Of a DNA stretch of 64,000 bases, positions 55,598 through 64,000 are shown piece after piece. The stretch spans positions 1,278-65,277 of the forward strand of contig JBLMZS010000048.1 of the NCBI GenBank assembly GCA_050258935.1. The letters run 5' to 3'. Numbering within the stretch: position 1 is the first letter of the stretch; each line of letters begins with the position of its first letter. This DNA comes from Bacteroidota bacterium (GTDB lineage: Bacteria; Bacteroidota; Ignavibacteria; Ignavibacteriales; SURF-24). Both the position numbers and the translations under genes were made by a program. A model generated the notes under the pieces. It saw nothing but the letters and a program-made list of their open reading frames with translations, was not told the origin of the DNA and did not search any database.

Positions 55598-58500
55598 ATG
55601 AAAAAGCTGTTTATAATTATACTGGTTTTAGTTTATTCTCAGGCCTGGCCGCAGCAGCTGAATCAGCTGTCCGGTACCGGTGAGGTTTCCGAAGGCAAAG
55701 AAATTCCCGCCGGGTTTTCTAAGGCTATGGAATTTTACAATAAGGCTGACTATACCAGGGCATATACTGAATTTGAAAAGTTCTATTCGTATTACGGCGT
55801 TGAGGACGAGCTCTCTGCTTCTGCAAAATACTACGCTGCTGAAAGCCTGCTGAAGCTGGGTCAAACGAATGCGGCCATACCTGCTCTTGAGTATTTTATA
55901 TCGAGGTATGAATGGTCTTCATTCAGGGATGAAGCATTGTACCAGCTTGGAACACTTTATTTCGAATCGGGTAAATATGCAATGAGCAGGGAAAAACTCA
56001 GGATGCTGCTGGACAATTATCCCCAGAGCACTTACACCGGCTCAGCCATGTACTGGATCGGTGAAGCATACAGCCGCGAAGATAACCTGCAGGATGCGGT
56101 GAAGTTTTTCGAGGAAGCGCTTGCTTCAAGAAAGAACAATAAGTACATCGACAACAGCATATATGCACTCGCGAATATTTATGAAAAGACGGGGGATTAT
56201 ACGCAGGCGGTAAAATATTATGACGAATTACTTGCCTACTATAAATCAAGCTCTCTGGCTCCTTATGCCCAGATCAGAATCGGTCTGTGTTACTTCAAAT
56301 TGAAGGATTATGACAACGCAATACTCGAACTGACCGATCCGATGATAAGCGAACTGCCGCCCGCGCTGCAAACAGAGGCGAATTATATACTGGGAAGTTC
56401 TTACTACAGACTTAGCGAATTTAATGATGCCGCGAAAACATTCACGGATATTATTGGAAAAGACCCGTCGGCTGCAATTATCAGGGATGTGCGCTACAGC
56501 CTGGGCTGGGTATATTTTCAGCAGGAAAAATACGACGAAGCCTATAAAATATTTAACCTTCTGTCAAAGGACGCATCTGATACCACCGGCATCAACTCGC
56601 TCTATTGGAGCGGTGAGGCAAAACGCTATGCCGGCAGCGAAAACGAAGCTCTGGAGATCTTCAGACAGTTCATGGAACAGTATCCGAACCACCCGCTTGC
56701 CTCCAGAGTCAATTATCTGACCGGCGTTACTCAGTATGGAAAGAACAAACTGAATTCGGGTGAAAAATTCCTACTTTCTGCCGCAGCTTCTGATGATGAG
56801 AATACACGGGCACGCGCATATATCGCGCTTGGCGAGATGAAGCTTACCAACAGCGTGTTTGACGAAGCAAAGAAGTATTTTTCGCAGGCTTATTCGCAAA
56901 AGGGCATTATCCCAGATCTGCAAAACCGTGCCGCCCTCGGTATGGGCGTTGCTCTATATTTCCTGAATGACTACGACGGAGCTATATCTTACCTGAAGAA
57001 TCTCTCTTTGAGTAACCCGGGATTTGAAAAAGATAAGGTCAGGTTCTACCTGGCTGAAGCTTATTCGGGCGCCAAGGATTATCCTAACGCACTGAAAAAT
57101 TATAACCAGGTAGAGCAGGGGAATCTGGAGCTGAAACCCCGGGTTATCTACGGAAAGGCTTATGCCTATTTCAATATGAAGGACTTTGTAAACGCTTCAA
57201 ATTATTTTTCTGAATTTACAAAGCAGTACAAGAACGACAAAAATTATACAGATGCGAGACTGAGACTCGCTGATAGTTACTACGGCAACAAAAAATATAC
57301 TCTGGCCGGAAATATTTATAAGGAAGTTTACCTGAATAATGCCGCCAGAGGAAAGAATGATTATGCCTATTACCAGTATGCTCAGGCTCTGTATAAGGCC
57401 GGAAAAATGAATGAGGCCATCAGTGAATTCAGGGCGCTGCAGGATAAATTCCCGGCATCATCCTATATTGAAGAATCGCAGTACCTGATCGGCTGGATCT
57501 ATTTCCAGAAAACCGACTACCGAAGCGCAATCAATAACTATAAACCCATACTCAGCAGGTTCCCGGAATCTTCGATCATTCCTGTGACACTGAATTCCAT
57601 AGCTAATTCTTATTTCAATATGGGTGCGTATGATTCGGCTCTTGTTTATTATAATACTGTGGCTTCGAGATATCCTTCCACACAATACAGCCTCGAGGCT
57701 GTCAATGGCATCAAGGACGCTTACCTGGCATCCGGCAAAACTACCGAGGCAGTTCAGGTGCTGGATGATTATTCGGCTGAAAGCGGTAAGACCGGATATG
57801 CCGACCAGCTGATGTTCAAAAAGGGCGAATTATATTACGACCTGAAGGATTATGAAAAGGCAAAGGAAGCATATAAGAATTTTATTTCAGCATATCCCAA
57901 AAGCCAGCTCATACCGGATGCCCACTACTGGGTAGGCAAGTGTGCTGAAAGCCTGAACCAGTCAGATGAAGCACTGTATCACTTCAATATAGTGTATAAT
58001 TCTTATCTGAACACTGACCTGGGTGTGGCTTCTGTACTGGAACTCGGAAAAATTTACAGCGAGCAGAAGAACTATGACGCAGCTATACGGGTCTACCAGA
58101 AAGTAAAAGATAAAATGCCCGAATCACCAAAACTACCCGAAATAATGTTCAGCAAGGCGCAGGCGCATATTGCAAATCAGGATATTACTTCTGCGTACCA
58201 GGAGTTTAATTCTATTATACAGAATTACGATGATTCCTATTTTACAGCTGCTTCGAAGGTTGAGCTTGCCCTGCTGGAGATGGTGAGGAAAAATTATGAG
58301 TCGTGCGATATGCTGCTGAAGGAAGTCGCCGAAAGCAACAATGAGGAAATGGGCGCCAAGGCTCAGTACTACTACGGTGTTTCGCTGATGGAACAGGGCA
58401 AGACTGACGATGCCATCTCTGCATTTGTCAGGGTTAAGTTTGCATTTTCAAAATACGATGAATGGCTTACCAGATCATTCCTGTCTCTGGGTGATGCTTA

Positions 58501-58615
58501 TCAGCAGAAAGGAGACATGCAGAATGCCCGCGAGATGTACCGTATCGTGCTTACCAGGCATACTGACGATGAATTTGGCACCGAAGCCCAGAATAAGTTG
58601 AGGTTATTAAAATGA
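55598..58615 (+). CDS. Periplasmic multi-TPR protein (CpoB/BamD-like repeats)
   Basis: Signal peptide followed by TPR-like repeats (A.Y..G..Y, YP.S) over about 950 aa. Confidence 0.88.
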   Translation: MKKLFIIILVLVYSQAWPQQLNQLSGTGEVSEGKEIPAGFSKAMEFYNKADYTRAYTEFEKFYSYYGVEDELSASAKYYAAESLLKLGQTNAAIPALEYFISRYEWSSFRDEALYQLGTLYFESGKYAMSREKLRMLLDNYPQSTYTGSAMYWIGEAYSREDNLQDAVKFFEEALASRKNNKYIDNSIYALANIYEKTGDYTQAVKYYDELLAYYKSSSLAPYAQIRIGLCYFKLKDYDNAILELTDPMISELPPALQTEANYILGSSYYRLSEFNDAAKTFTDIIGKDPSAAIIRDVRYSLGWVYFQQEKYDEAYKIFNLLSKDASDTTGINSLYWSGEAKRYAGSENEALEIFRQFMEQYPNHPLASRVNYLTGVTQYGKNKLNSGEKFLLSAAASDDENTRARAYIALGEMKLTNSVFDEAKKYFSQAYSQKGIIPDLQNRAALGMGVALYFLNDYDGAISYLKNLSLSNPGFEKDKVRFYLAEAYSGAKDYPNALKNYNQVEQGNLELKPRVIYGKAYAYFNMKDFVNASNYFSEFTKQYKNDKNYTDARLRLADSYYGNKKYTLAGNIYKEVYLNNAARGKNDYAYYQYAQALYKAGKMNEAISEFRALQDKFPASSYIEESQYLIGWIYFQKTDYRSAINNYKPILSRFPESSIIPVTLNSIANSYFNMGAYDSALVYYNTVASRYPSTQYSLEAVNGIKDAYLASGKTTEAVQVLDDYSAESGKTGYADQLMFKKGELYYDLKDYEKAKEAYKNFISAYPKSQLIPDAHYWVGKCAESLNQSDEALYHFNIVYNSYLNTDLGVASVLELGKIYSEQKNYDAAIRVYQKVKDKMPESPKLPEIMFSKAQAHIANQDITSAYQEFNSIIQNYDDSYFTAASKVELALLEMVRKNYESCDMLLKEVAESNNEEMGAKAQYYYGVSLMEQGKTDDAISAFVRVKFAFSKYDEWLTRSFLSLGDAYQQKGDMQNAREMYRIVLTRHTDDEFGTEAQNKLRLLK

Positions 58616-60207
58616 AAATATTCTTTCGTTTAGTGCTGACCATTTTATTTGCAGTGCCGGCATTTCTGCAGGCACAGGACGACAATAAGAATGTCGAACT
58701 GCCGGACTTTGTAATCACAGGAGTTGAACGCGTTACAATTCAGAATGCAGACAAGCCTAAGACCGAACCGGTGCCTATACTTTCAAAGGATTTCTTCAAA
58801 CCGGTCTATTCCACCGAGGAACTGCCCGTTGCAGAACTCTCGAATCCTATTAAAAAAGATATCAGACTGCTCAGCGACGAGCCGCTGCCCGAAGGCACGC
58901 TTACCCTTGCAGCCGGAATATATACAATGCCTGCGGGCAGTTTTTCGTACAATAAAAATCTGAGTGGATTTTTGTTTAACGGCAGCGTTTGGGGACTGAA
59001 TCAGAGAGAGTACGACGATCATACTGAATATAATAATTCGGGACTGAAGCTCGGCGCTTCTTTTTTCCCGTCAGCTGAAAGCGGATTGTTTCACGGATTG
59101 CAGATAGATGTTTCCGGACGCTATAACCGTGAATCGTACAGGTTCTTTGCCTCACAGACTCCGGATTTTCTGAGAAATATGCACGAGGGAAACCTTAAAC
59201 TGAATTTCAGGAATATGCTCGATGAGAAATTTAATTACGGATTACTGTTTGGCGACGATATTTTTTACCTGAAAGACCGTGACCTGAACGAAAATGTATT
59301 TTCGCTGGAAGGGTTTACACGCAACCGTTTCGGCAGTTTTGAGTTCAACGGAAACCTGCAGTACAAAAATCAGACATTCGAAAAGAAGATTTCTGACGGC
59401 ATCAGCGGCGGCAGCTTCTTCAATCTGCTTACTACAGTTGACTATAAACTTGCCGAGAACCTGAAGGTCGGTGCCGGTATCATGTATGCATCCGCTGATT
59501 CAATGCACATGTTTTCTCCTGTAGCATCAATTGCGATCAGACTCTCAGACCAGCTGTCAATATTCGGCAGCTTCAAACCTGAAGCTCATTTTATGTCATT
59601 GCGGGATATTACGCTTATAAACAGGTATTATGAGCCGCAGCAGGATTATTTGTTCTATAAGAGCAAAAACAAAATTGAGGTCGCTGCCAGATACGAGTAT
59701 GAAACCTATTTCGAGATCAACGCAGGAATGAGCTACGCGAAACTCGGCGATTACTATTATTTTACAGACACCGCAGACAGGGGCTTTTTCAGCGTCAACA
59801 GGACTGACGGTAAACAGGTAACTGCATTTGGAAATCTGCTGTTCCATCTCGGTCCGTATGGTAAATTTTACGGAGGCATTGCCTTCAACGATACAAGGGA
59901 CAATAACGACAAGACACTGCCGTATCAGCCGTTTCTTACGGGAGACCTGCGATATTCATACAAATTTGATTTCGGATTGTCTGCAGAAGCCAGCGTAGTG
60001 TTCAGCTCAAAGGCTTATACCGATAGTGTGAACAGCCGCAGCATTCCGGGCTATTTTAATGCCGGAGGCAGGCTGGGGTATGATATAATGAAAAATTTCG
60101 AGATTTTTACCGAACTCTCTAATTTGTTCGACAATAAGAATTATCTGTGGCGCGGATATAAACAGAAGCCTATAGATATAGCGTTTGGTATACAGTACAG
60201 ATGGTGA
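58612..60207 (+). CDS. Outer-membrane barrel, TonB-dependent-receptor-like with short N-domain
   Basis: Signal peptide; ELPDFVITG TonB-box-like; C-terminal NLFDNKNY...GIQYRW; ATGA overlap with the TPR gene. Confidence 0.65.
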   Translation: MKIFFRLVLTILFAVPAFLQAQDDNKNVELPDFVITGVERVTIQNADKPKTEPVPILSKDFFKPVYSTEELPVAELSNPIKKDIRLLSDEPLPEGTLTLAAGIYTMPAGSFSYNKNLSGFLFNGSVWGLNQREYDDHTEYNNSGLKLGASFFPSAESGLFHGLQIDVSGRYNRESYRFFASQTPDFLRNMHEGNLKLNFRNMLDEKFNYGLLFGDDIFYLKDRDLNENVFSLEGFTRNRFGSFEFNGNLQYKNQTFEKKISDGISGGSFFNLLTTVDYKLAENLKVGAGIMYASADSMHMFSPVASIAIRLSDQLSIFGSFKPEAHFMSLRDITLINRYYEPQQDYLFYKSKNKIEVAARYEYETYFEINAGMSYAKLGDYYYFTDTADRGFFSVNRTDGKQVTAFGNLLFHLGPYGKFYGGIAFNDTRDNNDKTLPYQPFLTGDLRYSYKFDFGLSAEASVVFSSKAYTDSVNSRSIPGYFNAGGRLGYDIMKNFEIFTELSNLFDNKNYLWRGYKQKPIDIAFGIQYRW

Positions 60208-60299
60208 TGCTGAATACAGCTGCATTTATGGAGAAATATTTTATTTTTGCCGCTTAAAAATATTTTGTTTATATTATTCCGGCAAACAAAAAAATCAAA

Positions 60300-62276
60300 A
60301 TGAACAAAGAAGAATTTTTACAAAAAATAGCGGAAATGTTCGGTGCCGAAGGCAATGACGCCAGAATTGCGCTGAGTGTTTTTCTGCAGAAGATTTCGGA
60401 ATCCCTCGAACTCAACGGATCGGTCAAGATTCCTGAGCTGGGCATTTTTCAGCTGAAAAGGAAAAATGCGCAGAAAGAGTTTGCTGCAGGAAAAGAGGAT
60501 CCGTTATTCAGATTTGTCAATAAAACGGATAATCTTCTGTTCAATATCTCAGGCGAAGCACCTGCGGCTGATAATGAAACTGTATCTGAAAATCTGTATG
60601 AGTCACCTTACTACCTGATCTTTATGCCTCTTAAATACGAAAATAAGGAAGAGGGAAAAGTATTGTGCTTCAGGATGCAGAATCTCGACAAGCTGGAATC
60701 TGATGTCAACGATTCTGTATTCAACTTATCCGTAAAGAAACCGCTTATCCCGGTTTCCGCATCGGCGAAAAAAGAACTGATGATGAAATCTTCTTTTCTG
60801 CTGCAGCAGAAGGGTTTTGAGGAAAAGGCAGATAGATTATTATCAGGCGCCGTTAGTCTGAGCAATTTCAACATAAAATACACCAGGATAAATGAATCTG
60901 ATGTAGTTGATAATGTCGGTGTTATGAATGAATTTCCGGAAGCAATGCCGGAGAATGAAGAAAGTATAGAGCTTGAAGCTGAAATAAGCAGCCTGGCACC
61001 CGAAACAGGAGAGTCTGCAGACTTTGCACCTGATTTTATGAATCCTGCGCCTGAGGAGATAGTGCCGGATCTGCAGAATACCGGTGAAACAAAGATTGAG
61101 GAACCGATTCAGTTCGACATTCCGCTGGAACCGGTGCAGGAAGAAATTCCGGATAATACGTTACCCGAGACAAGCATATTGCCGGAAACGGATTTTAACA
61201 TTGATAACGCGTTTGCCCCCGATTTTAATGCTATGATGGATTTCCCGGATCAGACTGATGCTACTGCAGGGACACCCGGCAATGAGGATCTGCAGAGCCT
61301 GAATCCTGATGAGATGAAGGAAATCGAAGACCTGATCAGCATGTACAATACCAACCAGGATACAGCTGCGGCAGAACCTGATCCCTGGCAGATAATTTCT
61401 GATGATTCTGCACAAGGCGAGGAATTCCATACGCTCGAGGTTGAAGGTGAGCCGGTAGGCGAGGAATCATTTGTCGTAGATTCATTCGAAGAAGAACTGA
61501 AAAAACAAACCGCCGCACTCGATTCACAGACGCCGCCTCCTGCAGAGCCTGAACCTGATACATATGAACCTGGTCTTGGGCACGACGATGAAAGTTTACC
61601 TGAGGCAGCGGTATCGGGAGAGGATGAGTCACTCAGGGCAAGCAGGCGAATTTCACCATTGTTCCTGACGCTTGTAATTGCATTTGTTGCGGTGACTGCA
61701 GGCGGGATATACTTCTTCTTCTTTTCAGGATCTGAAGTTGCTCCGGTGTCACCCGCAGGTAAGCAGGCAGGGAAAATACAGACTCAGATAATTGAAAGAC
61801 AATATGATATTCCGGTCACTGTTGTTCCTGAACTGTCGAACACAAATGAAGGTACCGTAGATACTGCAAACTCTGAAGCCCAGGCACAGCTGTCACAGCA
61901 GCAGCCAGAACAGCAGCGTGCCGGTGTTGTAAAACCCAATAACGGCGGCAATAAAACACAAGCTGCAGCAGCGCAGACTCCGCCTCCTGCAGCAGCAAAA
62001 GAACAGAAAGCCGGTGTTGCAGTCAGTCCAGTCAGCAATGCGGAAAAGAGAGTAGGGGAAAACATATTCTCGGACGGCAGCAATTATATGCTTCAGATCT
62101 CTTCATGGAAGACAAAGGGAGTTGCAGTAAAAGAGGCAGAGCGCCTGAAAAAAAGCGGATACAATGCGTTCATCACTACCTCAGGCGGAGAAGGAAAAGT
62201 TGTATGGTACCGGGTGCGCATTGGCGGATTTAAGAGCTTAAAAGATGCTCAGGCCGCCGCAGCCATGGTAAGATGA
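60300..62276 (+). CDS. Single-pass protein: N-terminal HU/IHF-like domain, acidic linker, TM helix, C-terminal SPOR domain
   Basis: MNKEEFLQKIA...V.IPELG.F; TM LFLTLVIAFVAVTAGGIYFFFF; Y.LQISS...WYRVRIGGF...A. Confidence 0.8.
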   Translation: MNKEEFLQKIAEMFGAEGNDARIALSVFLQKISESLELNGSVKIPELGIFQLKRKNAQKEFAAGKEDPLFRFVNKTDNLLFNISGEAPAADNETVSENLYESPYYLIFMPLKYENKEEGKVLCFRMQNLDKLESDVNDSVFNLSVKKPLIPVSASAKKELMMKSSFLLQQKGFEEKADRLLSGAVSLSNFNIKYTRINESDVVDNVGVMNEFPEAMPENEESIELEAEISSLAPETGESADFAPDFMNPAPEEIVPDLQNTGETKIEEPIQFDIPLEPVQEEIPDNTLPETSILPETDFNIDNAFAPDFNAMMDFPDQTDATAGTPGNEDLQSLNPDEMKEIEDLISMYNTNQDTAAAEPDPWQIISDDSAQGEEFHTLEVEGEPVGEESFVVDSFEEELKKQTAALDSQTPPPAEPEPDTYEPGLGHDDESLPEAAVSGEDESLRASRRISPLFLTLVIAFVAVTAGGIYFFFFSGSEVAPVSPAGKQAGKIQTQIIERQYDIPVTVVPELSNTNEGTVDTANSEAQAQLSQQQPEQQRAGVVKPNNGGNKTQAAAAQTPPPAAAKEQKAGVAVSPVSNAEKRVGENIFSDGSNYMLQISSWKTKGVAVKEAERLKKSGYNAFITTSGGEGKVVWYRVRIGGFKSLKDAQAAAAMVR

Positions 62277-62282
62277 TGCCTC

Positions 62283-62333
62283 TAATTATGAATTCTGAAT
62301 TATGAATGTGCTTTAATTCAGAATTCATAATTA
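62283..62333. terminator. Perfect 20-bp inverted repeat built from heptamers, between convergent genes
   Basis: TAATTATGAATTCTGAATTA-N11-TAATTCAGAATTCATAATTA. Confidence 0.55.
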
Positions 62334-62338
62334 ATAAT

Positions 62339-62620
62339 TTATTCGGCAGTCTTTTCAGAGTAGTACATCCTGTAAAAGAAATACTCTCCTATGGTCAGCA
62401 GCACCAGCGAAAATGTATCGCGGTCAAAATAGAGTCCGAACCCTTCTTTTTCCATAACCAGTTTTGCAATCATACCGGTAATCGACCATCCCACTGAAAA
62501 CAGTATTATGATGAGTGCAAGATTTGTAGCGGCAGCTGTAATTGATTCAGTCTGCCATTTCTTTGTGAATACTACTGTGACAAAAACAAGATGAATAAAA
62601 AATACAAGTGCTGAAATCAT
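62339..62620 (-). CDS. Small hypothetical membrane protein
   Basis: 93 aa with three hydrophobic segments; co-oriented with upstream genes. Confidence 0.6.
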   Translation of the reverse strand: MISALVFFIHLVFVTVVFTKKWQTESITAAATNLALIIILFSVGWSITGMIAKLVMEKEGFGLYFDRDTFSLVLLTIGEYFFYRMYYSEKTAE

Positions 62621-62634
62621 TTGTAAATTCCGGT

Positions 62635-63141
62635 CTATTTTGACATTTCATTATTTCTGTTGTTGATAACACGCATTCCGATCAGCGCGCCGATGAGTCC
62701 GAATATCGAGTCCATGATTATACTGCTTACAAGAACTGATGCGGTGTACAGGAAAGAGAATCCGTAATTTGTAATATCATTTGCCATTCTGTACATCATA
62801 TCCAGCACGTCTTTTTTTACATCGTCCTGCGGAAGATTTCTGAGCACAGATTCAAATTCGCGTACAGCATTCTGCAGATCGCTGTTACGTGTAATAAAAA
62901 GTATGAGTGTGTCAAACGCAGTAGAGAACAGCGCGGCAAACAGACCTGTAAAGATTCCCAGAAATACTGCCTGCGGGGCTTTTATTGTATGAATATCCTT
63001 ATTGGATTTCAGATAAAGGACTAGCGCAAAGTATGCTGCAACCGGAACGATAAAGCAGCAGGAAAAACTTTTAACTATCGGTACAATATTCAGCACTCCT
63101 GCAGCAAAACCGCATACAAGCGCCGGGAGGTATTTTTTCAA
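62635..63141 (-). CDS. Hypothetical membrane protein (DUF4199-like)
   Basis: Probable TTG start at 63141, just after the DUF2085 stop; four hydrophobic segments with SCC. Confidence 0.55.
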   Translation of the reverse strand: MKKYLPALVCGFAAGVLNIVPIVKSFSCCFIVPVAAYFALVLYLKSNKDIHTIKAPQAVFLGIFTGLFAALFSTAFDTLILFITRNSDLQNAVREFESVLRNLPQDDVKKDVLDMMYRMANDITNYGFSFLYTASVLVSSIIMDSIFGLIGALIGMRVINNRNNEMSK

Positions 63142-63142
63142 A

Positions 63143-63625
63143 TCAGTTCCTGGAATTAGTTGTAGTAAAAAATCTTTTATCAAACGCACCCAAAATATAT
63201 AAAAAACCCGCCGAACCTGAAAGTATTCCGGTAACAAATGCCAAAGTTTTTGAATAACTGTATAATCCAGTTCTGTACAGAATTGTATCGGCCAGCATGG
63301 GCAGTGAAATGAATATCAGGTGCCGGAAATTCATGCGGCGGCTCAATGCCGCGCCTCCATTAACTGGCAGGAGCAGCAGTAATGACATAATGAAGGCACC
63401 TGTATAAAGTCCGCTGCACCTTGCGCAGAGCATAAACGGCATGCCGCTGACAGAGATAGTCTTAGCCGGGAGCTGATGACATACGTGCGAATACATAAGT
63501 TTAACCGCGGGTGAAAACACCAGCAGATTATTATCTGCTATGGCGCAAATAAGATTGAACACAATTCCCGCCATCCACACCGTCAGTGCCGCAAAAAATC
63601 CCAATGCTATTTTTCTTATATTCAT
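63143..63625 (-). CDS. DUF2085-family membrane protein
   Basis: CHQ...CARCSG.Y motif; D.....G; TG.L.G. Confidence 0.85.
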   Translation of the reverse strand: MNIRKIALGFFAALTVWMAGIVFNLICAIADNNLLVFSPAVKLMYSHVCHQLPAKTISVSGMPFMLCARCSGLYTGAFIMSLLLLLPVNGGAALSRRMNFRHLIFISLPMLADTILYRTGLYSYSKTLAFVTGILSGSAGFLYILGAFDKRFFTTTNSRN

Positions 63626-63640
63626 TTATTTATTAAATTC

Positions 63641-63761
63641 TGTTACACAAAACCCTTCTCCGCACACTTACAGCGTGCGTTTTTGGGTGGGTGATCTCTT
63701 TACGCAGGGCTGAAAGCCCTGCGCTGACATATATTTGCCCCTTCAGGGCAAAGCTGCAATA
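63641..63761 (-). repeat. ~120-bp three-hairpin dispersed element, copy 2
   Basis: Inverted near-copy of 7088-7207. Confidence 0.85.
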
Positions 63762-63822
63762 CAGATTATCTGCAATACAGATTATCTGCAATACAGATTA
63801 TCTGCAATACAGATTATCTGCA
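63754..63822. repeat. 16-bp perfect tandem repeat, 4 copies plus 5 nt
   Basis: (CTGCAATACAGATTAT)x4 + CTGCA. Confidence 0.95.
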
Positions 63823-63943
63823 TTTGAAATCTGGCTTACCAACATGCTCTAAAAAGAACCACCAGTAAATAGTTTCAGGTATTCAAATCTTCAGTTCTGC
63901 AGAGTGTTATATATACAACTATCAATTCCTAATATCTTTGTCT

Positions 63944-63991
63944 TCAGTCCTGTAAGGACTGATATATGTAAGCATAGGGCGCAGCCCTATG
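63944..63991 (+). repeat. REP-like double hairpin
   Basis: TCAGTCCT-GTA-AGGACTGA, 10-nt spacer, CATAGGGC-GCA-GCCCTATG. Confidence 0.7.
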
Positions 63992-64000
63992 ACCGGATAT

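Noticed and set aside
63754-63822. Possible CRISPR array
   Set aside because: The 16-bp units are contiguous with no spacers, and there are no cas genes in the window.

Overview
Chromosomal window of a diderm FCB-group bacterium, most likely Ignavibacteria or a close relative. This is inferred from the T9SS C-terminal sorting domains, a PorV/PorQ-family gene and the gene repertoire; it was not confirmed by a search. (1) Positions 1-22.6 kb hold a co-oriented glycan-utilisation locus, probably for beta-mannosides, with no recognisable SusD. It encodes a TonB-dependent receptor, an 1,100-aa acidic protein with a variant sorting domain, a PorV-family barrel, a SurA/PrsA-like chaperone, a sugar ABC binding protein and two permeases, two GH130s, a GH2 and three uncharacterised exported proteins that look like glycosidases. 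(2) Positions 22.7-27.2 kb hold a soluble multi-PAS kinase, an NtrC-type regulator and a single-domain receiver. (3) Positions 27.5-32.8 kb hold an SdiA-regulated-like protein, an HD-domain/Pycsar-effector fusion and a porin-CotH kinase-PAP2 operon. (4) The rest is mostly housekeeping: LD-carboxypeptidase, a T9SS surface protein, nadD, an ABC-2 exporter, yceD-rpmF-plsX-fabHD-DUF3109-fabG-acpP-fabF-rnc, bcp, folE, an ECF sigma module flanked by Spy/CpxP-like genes, tRNA-Leu(GAG), outer-membrane barrels, a TPR/barrel pair and an HU-like/SPOR protein. Non-coding signals are a ~120-bp three-hairpin element present twice (7.1 kb and 63.7 kb), REP-like double hairpins with compensatory changes, AATTCAN heptamer arrays, a 16-bp tandem repeat, twin divergent ECF promoters and motifs shared by two distant promoters. 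I found no CRISPR array, rRNA, prophage or transposase. All family calls come from motif recognition by eye.
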